Below, one piece after another: positions 20,069-27,871 of a stretch of DNA of 64,000 bases; position 1 is the stretch's first letter; each line of letters starts with the position of its first letter. A program made the translations under genes and the position numbers. Origin of the DNA: Candidatus Eiseniibacteriota bacterium (GTDB lineage: Bacteria; Eisenbacteria; RBG-16-71-46; CAZAMP01); contig OZ245046.1 of assembly GCA_965224245.1 (NCBI GenBank), forward strand, positions 3,008,001 to 3,072,000. Direction: 5' to 3'. A model generated the notes under the pieces. That model was not told the DNA's origin. It searched no databases and saw only the letters and a program-made list of their open reading frames with translations.

Positions 20069-23000
20069 TCAGGCGCGGCGGTCCAACCCGTAGCGCGCGA
20101 TCTTGTTCTTGAGTCCCTTGCGACTGAGACCCAGCGCCACCGCGGCCCGGCTCTTGTTCCAGGCGTTGTCCTCGAGCGCACGCTGGACGATCTGGCGCTC
20201 GATGCCGTCGAGCTGCTCGCGGAGCGAGACTCCAGTGCGAGCCGGCGGCTCGGGGGCGAGCGTCACCTCGCTTTCCAGAAGACGCGACGGCAGCAGGTCG
20301 ATTCCGATGGTCTCGTTCTCGTCGGCGAGCGTCACCGCCCGACGCATGACCTTCTCCAGCTCGCGCACGTTTCCGGGCCAGTCGTACTCGACGAGCTTCT
20401 GCATGGCGATGCGGGAGATGCCCTTGATTGTCTTGTCCAGCTTCTGGGCGAAGACGTCCGAGAAGAACTCGGCCAGGAGCGGAATGTCGTCCTTGCGACG
20501 ACGCAGCGACGGGACGTGGATCGTGATGTCGTTCAGGCGGAAGTAGAGGTCCTTCAGGAACCGTCCCTCGGCCACCTCACGCCGGAGATCGGCGGACGTC
20601 GCGCAGACGATCCGGATGTCCAGGGGACGGTAGGCGTGGCCGCCCACGGCCCGGACCTCGCCCGAGTCGAGCAGGTGCAGGAAGCGCCGCTGGACCTCGA
20701 GCGTGGTCTTGTCGATCTCGTCGATGAACACCGTGCCGCCCTCGGCCTCCTCCAGGATGCCCTTGCGATCGTGTGTGGCGCCGGTGAACGCGCCCTTCAC
20801 GTGACCGAAGAGCTCGCTCTCGAGCACCGATTCCGACAGAGCCGCGCAGTCCACGGTCGTCAGCGCGGCGTCCGCGCGCGAGCTGCAGAGATGAAGCGCG
20901 CGCGCGATCAGCTTCTTGCCGGTCCCGGTCTCGCCCTGGAGCAGCACGCTGAGGTCGCTGTCGGCCACGCGGCTGACGAGGCCGAGGATCGAGCGCATCT
21001 CGGCGTTCTCGGTGACGATGTCCGCCAGCGCGATGGACCGGTCGATGCGATCGAGCTCCCGCAGGCCGCGACGGTTTCGAATGCTCGCTTCCTCCAGGAA
21101 CCCCGCCAGCTGCCGGGCCAGCGTCATGCAGTAGCTGACCTCGGCCTGATGGAACTCCGGATTGCCGGCGTCCAGCACGCGGTCGACGTAGAGCACGCTC
21201 CACACGCCGGCGCTCTCGCGCAGGGGTACCGCGATCGCGGACTCGACCTCACGCCCGCTGGCCAGGGGGCCCAGGCTGCGTCGCTTGTTCCCACTGGCCA
21301 TGCCCAGGAACACCGCCGGACGGTCGCTGGCCGGCCAGCCGGCCGTGAACGCCGACGGGCGGGCGAACGACCTGCCGATGGAGAGCGCCGGGATGCCGTG
21401 GGCGCCGATCACTCTCACGTCCGTGCTCGCCACGTCGAGCATGCTCGCACCGGCACACGGGATCGTGGCGGTGAGCACGCCGAGGAACTCGGAGATCTTG
21501 TCGTCGAAGGACCGATCGGACTTCAGCACGCGCTCCATCTTCTGGTGCGCGTCGAGGCTGTCCTTCGTCGACACGGCGTTCTCGACGAACGTGCACTCCA
21601 GACGCTGCTGCACCTCGCTCAGCTGATCGTCGAGCGCTCGGGCCCCGTCGAGCGTGCCCAGGAGCTCACGTGCCCGTCCGAGACGCTCGGCCGCGCGATC
21701 GACGGCGCGGTGCCGGATGTCCTCGTCGGCGATCGCCAGGAGGGTGCGGAACTCGGCCCGCGGGTGACGCAGCGCGCGGTACCCGTCGAGCGCGTCCTGG
21801 AGGTGCTGGACGCCGCTGATGCGGGTGCGGTCGTCGGTGGACTCGAGCTCCAGGCGTCCCCGGAACTCGATGACGCGGGTGAGCCAGAACGACTCGCCGG
21901 CGCGGCGCAGGATCTCGACCGCCTGGCGAGCGGCCTCATCGGCCCGCGCGTGATCTCCGGCTCCGGCGTGCAGCTCACCGATCGTCAGGAGGAGGCGCGC
22001 TTCCAGAAGCCGGTTGCTGGTGGTCCTGGCGGACTCGAGCCCGCGGGACGCCACCGTGAACGCCTCGCCCTCGCGTCCCTCCAGCGCCCTGACCCGTGCG
22101 ATGACGCGGTCCAGCTCGCCCTCGAGACGGTTGCGCCCCAGGCGCGCCGAGATGTCGGCCGCCTTGGCCGCGAAACCGGCTGCGTCCGCCGCGTTGCCGG
22201 CGCCCAGCGCCGACTCGGTGAGACCGAGATACGCGGACAGCATGCCGTAGAGGTGCTGCTGCAGGGCGCTCAGCTCGAGCGCGCTCCAGAACAGCTCGCG
22301 CGCGCGATCGTATTCCTCGCGCATCAGATGAACGTCGGCCTTGCCCGCCAGCGCGAGCGCGGAGCTCGCCGCGTCGCCGATCTCGCGGGACTTGCGGTGC
22401 GATTGCTCGAAGTCGTCGAGGGCCTCGTCGAGCTGACCCAGCATGGTGTGCAGGATGCCCTGGGTCTGGAGCACGGCCGGCAGCCCGGAGTAGTCCCCCT
22501 CGATCGACATGAGGTTCTGGGAGACCTGGCAACACTCGAGCGCGCGGCTCCAGTTGCACGCGCGGCGGTGAAGCATGCCGATGTTTCGGTAGATGCGCGC
22601 GACGTTGGACAGGCTCCCGAGATCCTTGAAGACGGTCAGGGCGTCCTGGTACATGCGCATGGCCGTGTCGACGTCGTCGCCGCGGTGGGCGATGCTGCCA
22701 CGCAGCTGGAGTGCCTGGCCCAGCTCGAGGCACGGCTCGGTGTCGACGAGGAGGTGCATGGCCGCGTCGACGTTCCGGGTCGCCTCGCCCAGCTGGCCGC
22801 GGCGGGTGCGAACCCGCGCGAGCTGAAGCTCGATCCGCACGCGCTCGATCAGCGGCGTGGCCTCGGTCATCGCGTGAGCGGCCTCGAGCGCCGTCGACTG
22901 CGCGTCGACGGCCTCTCCCAGACGAAGCTGGCAGTCGCTGATGCGACGCAGCACGGACGCGCGCAGCCGGGCGCCGTCACCGTTCAACGTCGCGAGTGCT

Positions 23001-23167
23001 TCGCGATAGTGCTGGACGGCGCCGGCGAAGTCGGCGCTCTCTGCGGAGAGGTCGCCGAGCTCGATCAGCCGCGCGCCGGTCGGTCGCGATCGGTCGGTGT
23101 CGTTGGGATCGCCGGCGGACGGCGCCTGGGCGGTCCGGTCGACGTTTCGAGCCTCATGCGTAGCCAT
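20069..23167 (-). CDS. sigma-54-dependent enhancer-binding protein with N-terminal TPR array, GAF-like region, AAA+ and Fis-type HTH
   Basis: Walker A GETGTGK, ESELFGHVKGAFTGA (intact GAFTGA), Walker B VFIDEI, WPGNVREL, HTH NKSRAAVALGLSR; roughly 550 aa of TPR-like helices at the N-terminus and no receiver domain. Confidence 0.93.
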   Translation of the reverse strand: MATHEARNVDRTAQAPSAGDPNDTDRSRPTGARLIELGDLSAESADFAGAVQHYREALATLNGDGARLRASVLRRISDCQLRLGEAVDAQSTALEAAHAMTEATPLIERVRIELQLARVRTRRGQLGEATRNVDAAMHLLVDTEPCLELGQALQLRGSIAHRGDDVDTAMRMYQDALTVFKDLGSLSNVARIYRNIGMLHRRACNWSRALECCQVSQNLMSIEGDYSGLPAVLQTQGILHTMLGQLDEALDDFEQSHRKSREIGDAASSALALAGKADVHLMREEYDRARELFWSALELSALQQHLYGMLSAYLGLTESALGAGNAADAAGFAAKAADISARLGRNRLEGELDRVIARVRALEGREGEAFTVASRGLESARTTSNRLLEARLLLTIGELHAGAGDHARADEAARQAVEILRRAGESFWLTRVIEFRGRLELESTDDRTRISGVQHLQDALDGYRALRHPRAEFRTLLAIADEDIRHRAVDRAAERLGRARELLGTLDGARALDDQLSEVQQRLECTFVENAVSTKDSLDAHQKMERVLKSDRSFDDKISEFLGVLTATIPCAGASMLDVASTDVRVIGAHGIPALSIGRSFARPSAFTAGWPASDRPAVFLGMASGNKRRSLGPLASGREVESAIAVPLRESAGVWSVLYVDRVLDAGNPEFHQAEVSYCMTLARQLAGFLEEASIRNRRGLRELDRIDRSIALADIVTENAEMRSILGLVSRVADSDLSVLLQGETGTGKKLIARALHLCSSRADAALTTVDCAALSESVLESELFGHVKGAFTGATHDRKGILEEAEGGTVFIDEIDKTTLEVQRRFLHLLDSGEVRAVGGHAYRPLDIRIVCATSADLRREVAEGRFLKDLYFRLNDITIHVPSLRRRKDDIPLLAEFFSDVFAQKLDKTIKGISRIAMQKLVEYDWPGNVRELEKVMRRAVTLADENETIGIDLLPSRLLESEVTLAPEPPARTGVSLREQLDGIERQIVQRALEDNAWNKSRAAVALGLSRKGLKNKIARYGLDRRA

Positions 23168-23213
23168 TTCGACAAGTCCCCCCGGGACGCACGAGAATCG
23201 GACGACTAGCCTT

Positions 23214-23516
23214 CTACGGGGCCGTCCAACGCAAGACGCTGAGCGTGATCAATGCGACGAGTCTCGAGAGCGACAGCGACCGCTGCCGGACCGGAGTGGA
23301 CTCGTCCTCGAGCACCGTGAACTGACCGACACGATCGAACGGCTCGTCGGGCTCTCCCTGGCAGTTGAGCTCCGGCTCGGGATCGCCGGGCCCCATGTAC
23401 GTCCCGCCGCCGTCGTTCGGCTTCACCTGCTCCCACTCGGCGTGCGCGCTGGGCACGGCAAGCAATGTCGCTCCGAGGAGCGCCATGACGAGCCCGACCT
23501 TACACACCTTCCACAT
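23214..23516 (-). CDS. small secreted peptide/protein (100 aa) with G[DE]P[DE] repeats and a hydrophobic C-terminal helix
   Basis: RBS GGAGGT before ATG 23516; Sec-type signal MWKVCKVGLVMALLGATLLAVPSAHA|E; co-oriented 46 bp upstream of the enhancer-binding protein gene. Confidence 0.75.
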   Translation of the reverse strand: MWKVCKVGLVMALLGATLLAVPSAHAEWEQVKPNDGGGTYMGPGDPEPELNCQGEPDEPFDRVGQFTVLEDESTPVRQRSLSLSRLVALITLSVLRWTAP

Positions 23517-23614
23517 CGCACCTACCTCCAGGATCGTCGCCATTCACAGCGGGCCGCCAGGTGTGGCGGGCTGGGCTGCGGCGACACGTGAGCATCACAC
23601 GTCCCCATTGCATA

Positions 23615-23629
23615 ACAAGTTCCGGGCCA
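23615..23629 (-). promoter_or_regulatory. sigma-54-like promoter of the peptide gene
   Basis: Minus strand TGGCCC-GGAAC-TTGT: correct spacing, two mismatches to TGGCAC-N5-TTGC, about 100 bp upstream of the ATG. Confidence 0.5.
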
Positions 23630-23728
23630 ACGGCGGCCGTTCCGGACGCGATCGTGGAAGTGGGAGCGAACGTGACGTTTGGCGATCTGGCTCCCACGTC
23701 GTCACCGGGACCGCGACGGGCAACCGGG

Positions 23729-23846
23729 GTGGTTACTTCCTAACCACTCTCGCAGTGTAGCCGAGAACATCATTCATTCCAAAGGTTTTGCAGATGTATC
23801 CACGGTAACCACCCCGAATCTCGCGAGGTGAGTCCAAGGTACCCAC
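23729..23846. promoter_or_regulatory. three 19-bp imperfect palindromes (putative UAS cluster)
   Basis: GTGGTTACTTCCTAACCAC (23729-23747), ATGTATCCACGGTAACCAC (23794-23812) and GTGAGTCCAAGGTACCCAC (23828-23846) in an AT-richer intergenic stretch. Confidence 0.6.
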
Positions 23847-23922
23847 CGGAACACGCGCGCCACCGGCCCCGGCTGTGTGATAAACTCCCATCCAGTCATC
23901 ACTTCCGGCAACAGCCCGCGAT

Positions 23923-25284
23923 ATGGATCGACCCAGCATGAGTCGTCAGCGCATCGATTATCGCCGCCTGCTTGCCGAGGTGATCCCGCGCGGTCCCCTG
24001 CCGGACGACGTTCGGGTGGCCGTGGATACGGCGCTGGCGTCCCCGACCGAGCCGGCGTGCGAGCGTGTCGCCCGGCTGGCCATCGACTCCCTGGTCGCGG
24101 TGGGGCGCCTCGAACGTCTCGACGACCCCGACCCGCAGCGCGCGGTCGAGCGCTACGTCGATACGGCGACCGGTGACACGATCACCGTCCAGTGGACGGT
24201 GGCCACCCGGGCCGAGCGGATCGTGCGCGTGGCGATCCCCCCCGACGCCGGACGCCACGCGCTCGATCTGGAATCGGTCCGCGAGATACTCGACATCGAT
24301 CAGCACCTGTTCCAGGCCGACGGCCGGTCCCCGAACCCGTACGGCGAGATCGTCCGGGCCGCGCTGGCGCGGGTCACTCAGCTCACGGGAGCGGACTTCG
24401 TCACGTTCGTGCCCGCAGAGCGCCTCTCACACCCGGGGACGCCGGACTTCGGCCTCCCCGAGACCCCGCCGGAACGCGTTGCGCCGCTCAGGCGACTGGC
24501 CCCCCCGGCCGAACGGTCGGCGGTATACGTCCCGGACGTCGCGTACGACGATGATCTCGTCGCGATCGCGCCGGCGGCGGACTTCGCCTCGGTCGCGTTC
24601 GCCGGGGTCGGACGCGATGCGACCTCCATCGATGGGTACCTGGAGGCGTGGAGCCGCTCGCGCGACTTCCTGGATGCCGACGGGCTGACGGCGTTCGCGC
24701 TGTTCGCCGATCGCCTCTCGGCCACGCTGCGCAAGGCCTCGGTGCTCGAGCTGCTCGTGTACCACGACGCGCTGACCGGGCTCCACAATCGCAGCTACTT
24801 CAACCAGCAGATCGCCAAGGAGGTCGCACGCGCGCGCCGTGCGGGCCAGAGCTTCGCGCTCGCGATCGCCGACATCGACGACTTCAAGGGGATCAACACC
24901 CGGTACGGGTACCACGGCGGGAACGACGTTCTCGAGCAGGTGGGGCGCCTCGTCCGCGCGTCGGTGCGGCCGTTCGACGTGGCCGCACGCTGGGGCGGCG
25001 AGGAGTTCGCCCTGGTCCTGACCGCCCCCATCGACGAGCAGGGCGCGATCGCGGTCAGCAACCGGATCCGCGAGTCGGTCAAGGCCACGTCGTTCGCCGT
25101 GACCGACCTGGAGCAGACTACCCACGTCGTGCCGATCACGATCTCGGTGGGCGTCTCGGTGTTTCCATCCGACGCGAGCGCGCCCGAGGAGCTCTGGGCC
25201 ACGGCCAACGCGGCGCTCGGACAGGCCAAGCGCCGGGGCAAGAACCGGGTCGTCGCCGCCTCCTCGCGGGGTGAGGTCGCCTGA
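23923..25284 (+). CDS. GAF-like sensor diguanylate cyclase
   Basis: HDALTGLHNR, DIDDFKGIN, RPFDVAARWGGEEF (active site plus RxxD I-site), AKRRGKNRV. Confidence 0.92.
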   Translation: MDRPSMSRQRIDYRRLLAEVIPRGPLPDDVRVAVDTALASPTEPACERVARLAIDSLVAVGRLERLDDPDPQRAVERYVDTATGDTITVQWTVATRAERIVRVAIPPDAGRHALDLESVREILDIDQHLFQADGRSPNPYGEIVRAALARVTQLTGADFVTFVPAERLSHPGTPDFGLPETPPERVAPLRRLAPPAERSAVYVPDVAYDDDLVAIAPAADFASVAFAGVGRDATSIDGYLEAWSRSRDFLDADGLTAFALFADRLSATLRKASVLELLVYHDALTGLHNRSYFNQQIAKEVARARRAGQSFALAIADIDDFKGINTRYGYHGGNDVLEQVGRLVRASVRPFDVAARWGGEEFALVLTAPIDEQGAIAVSNRIRESVKATSFAVTDLEQTTHVVPITISVGVSVFPSDASAPEELWATANAALGQAKRRGKNRVVAASSRGEVA

Positions 25285-25313
25285 GGGCGGCCGGGGCGAG
25301 CGGGCCGGACAGA

Positions 25314-25350
25314 CGAGAGCCCCTCTCGCCATCGGCGCGAGGGGCCCTCG
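25314..25350. terminator. hairpin between the convergent DGC and HU genes
   Basis: CGAGAGCCCCTCTCGCC-ATC-GGCGCGAGGGGCCCTCG, an imperfect inverted repeat. Confidence 0.55.
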
Positions 25351-25369
25351 AGAACCGACTCGACCGGCT

Positions 25370-25636
25370 CTACAGGCTCTCTTTGAACGCCTTGCCCGGA
25401 CGGAAGCGGACGGTCTTCGAGGCCTTGATCTTGATCGCCTCGCCCGTCTGGGGATTACGACCGGTGCGGGCCTTGCGCTTGCTGACCTGCCACGAGCCGA
25501 AGCCCACGATGTTGACGCCACCCTTCTTCGTGTGACGGCGGATGAGGTCGAACGTGGTGTCGATGGCCGTCGACGCATCCTTCTTGGTCATCTGGCACTT
25601 GTCGGCAACGGCGTCGATGAGCTCTGCCTTGTTCAC
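25370..25636 (-). CDS. hup: HU family DNA-binding protein
   Basis: MNKAELIDAVA...GFGSW...RKARTGRNPQTGEAIKIKA...FRPGK. Confidence 0.96.
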   Translation of the reverse strand: MNKAELIDAVADKCQMTKKDASTAIDTTFDLIRRHTKKGGVNIVGFGSWQVSKRKARTGRNPQTGEAIKIKASKTVRFRPGKAFKESL

Positions 25637-25796
25637 GGAAACCTCCTGGTGAGTGTGTCACTCGGACACGTGAGAGAACTGCCGCGTTGGGAGTTACCAC
25701 TGCCACGAGAGGTCGTCAAGGCGAAAAGGGCGGAGAGACCGGAAAACAGGGCGTTTCACGGAACGTGATCGGCGAAACCCGTCCCGGTGGCGGCTG

Positions 25797-27818
25797 TCAG
25801 CGGATGGTGATTCCGAGAATCCGGTCGCCGACGTCCAGGCCGTCCACCACGGCCATCCCGCCCTCGACGCGGGCGAACACGGGATATCGGCCGTCCAGCG
25901 CGGAGACCGACCGGAGCGTGATCAGGAAAGCCCCGCCCGGCCCGGCGGCGGTGGGATCCAGCGCGAGCACGCTGCCCCGGGCCGTCCGCGTGACGCTCGT
26001 GTCGTCGACGTGCGCGGGAGCGAGCGGCTCGACGCCTCCCCCGCCGATCACGACGGAATCGAGGAAGGCGCCCACGAACGGGGTACCGTCCAGATCACCC
26101 GCCGCGACCCGGGACGCGAAGCCGGCGACCGTGTGGGGCGCGTCGGCCCCCAGCAGGCGAAGCTGAACGTCGCCGTGCGTCGTGTGGATGCTGGCGACCC
26201 GCGGGAGTTGATCGGTGGCCGGCATCGTGCGCGTACGGCGTAGCCGCACGCCGTCGAGCGACACGCGATCGGGCACCTCGCACCCCAGTGGGCCGCGTGT
26301 CCCCGCGAGGTCTCGAGCATGCCACAGCCGCGCGAACGCGAGCCGGCGCACGGCGAGGCTCTCGTGATCCAGAAAACGCGGCAGCTCGCACAGCCCATCC
26401 GCCCGGTCGGCGAGCGCGCGGACGAGCGCCGCGGCGACCCGGGGCTCCAGCCGATCTCGATAGAGGGTCGCGAGAACCTCGCTCGCCGGGCCGGATCCCT
26501 GTGCGCGTCCCAACGCCTCGATCGTGGCCACGACGACACGACCGTCCGCATCCCGAAGACGATCGATCAGCGCCTCCACGAGCGCCGGGTCGCCGTCGGG
26601 GCCCTCGAACCGGAGTCGGGTCACGCAGAGGGGGAGCGCAGCGGGATCGTCGGCCGCGAGCCGCTCCACCAGATCGGCGCTCGGCGCCTCGTCCACGAGG
26701 ACCTCCGCACGAACGATCGCCGCGGAGTCCGCGCGCATCTCGCCCAGACGGGCCCGAGCGCCGGCCGACCCCGCACGCCGGAGCGCGGGGACGACCGCGG
26801 CCCGCACGACCCCCCGGGGATCGTGGGAGAGGCTCAGGAGATCGTCCAGCGGGACGACGACGCCGTCGTGCGCCGCGACGGTGGCGAGCGCCAGGCGGAC
26901 GGCGGGGGACGGGGAGTGGACGTACGGCAGCAGCGAGCCCGACGCGGCGGCGCCTGCCGCGCGCCCGGCCGCGAGGATCGCGGGAACCAGCACCGAGGGC
27001 TCCCACTCGGCCCCTCCGATACGATCGGTGAGCGCGCGCAACGCAGCGGGGTCCGGCGACGCGCCCAGCGCGCGGCACGCCTCCGCACGCACCCGGGGAT
27101 CGGGGTCGGAGAGGGCCGGGACCAGATCCGACGAGGACCCTCCGTGGGCACCGAGCGTCTCGACGGCGTGGGCCCGGACGATCGGATCGGGATCCCCGAG
27201 CCGCGCCAGCACGGCTTCACGCGACGCGTCGTCCCAGTGTCGGACGAGTCCGAGGACGGCCTCGGCGCGAACCCCCGCGTCTCGGTCCGAGAGCGCGGCC
27301 GTCAGGTGGGCGACGATCCGACTCTCGAGGCCGTCTCCGGCGGGCCCCACGTCCGGGGAGGCCGCGAGCGCGCGGAGCACGGCGGCACGCGCCGCCCCGT
27401 AGATCACAGCGGCCCCGGGTGAGCCGTCACCGAACGGGCGATCCAGGCGATCGGCCAGCACGAGCCCGATCTGGCGCCGCCGACGCGGCTCGCGCGTCCC
27501 GATGCGCTCGAGCGCGTAGGCAGCCGCCGCGGCGACCTCGGGATCTCGGTCGCCCACGAGCGCGATCATGGCATCCAGGGCGTCCTCGCCCCCCATGCGG
27601 GCGGCGGCACGGCACGCGCGCACGCGAACACCACCGGACGGATGGTCGACGAACGCGGCGAGGCCGGCATCGTGTCCCCATCCCGATCGCTCGATCCTGG
27701 CGATTCGCTCGAGGTCCGACGGCGCCTGGCAGGCACAGACCAGGGCGACGACGAGCCCGAGACCTGCTCGCGTCGCGCGGGCGAGCACCGGGGGAGCATC
27801 GCGGCACGTGCGGTCCAT
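25797..27818 (-). CDS. HEAT-repeat lipoprotein with a C-terminal degenerate cyclophilin-like domain
   Basis: LVCAC lipobox-like; repeated LxDxDxxVR HEAT motifs; C-terminal IHTTHGDVQLRL...APHTV...YPVFARVEGGMAVV. Start approximate. Confidence 0.8.
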   Translation of the reverse strand: MDRTCRDAPPVLARATRAGLGLVVALVCACQAPSDLERIARIERSGWGHDAGLAAFVDHPSGGVRVRACRAAARMGGEDALDAMIALVGDRDPEVAAAAAYALERIGTREPRRRRQIGLVLADRLDRPFGDGSPGAAVIYGAARAAVLRALAASPDVGPAGDGLESRIVAHLTAALSDRDAGVRAEAVLGLVRHWDDASREAVLARLGDPDPIVRAHAVETLGAHGGSSSDLVPALSDPDPRVRAEACRALGASPDPAALRALTDRIGGAEWEPSVLVPAILAAGRAAGAAASGSLLPYVHSPSPAVRLALATVAAHDGVVVPLDDLLSLSHDPRGVVRAAVVPALRRAGSAGARARLGEMRADSAAIVRAEVLVDEAPSADLVERLAADDPAALPLCVTRLRFEGPDGDPALVEALIDRLRDADGRVVVATIEALGRAQGSGPASEVLATLYRDRLEPRVAAALVRALADRADGLCELPRFLDHESLAVRRLAFARLWHARDLAGTRGPLGCEVPDRVSLDGVRLRRTRTMPATDQLPRVASIHTTHGDVQLRLLGADAPHTVAGFASRVAAGDLDGTPFVGAFLDSVVIGGGGVEPLAPAHVDDTSVTRTARGSVLALDPTAAGPGGAFLITLRSVSALDGRYPVFARVEGGMAVVDGLDVGDRILGITIR

Positions 27819-27871
27819 CAGCAACGGGGCTCCTCCGGGGAGCGGCGCGTCGAGCCGCCCCCCGGGAGAGG

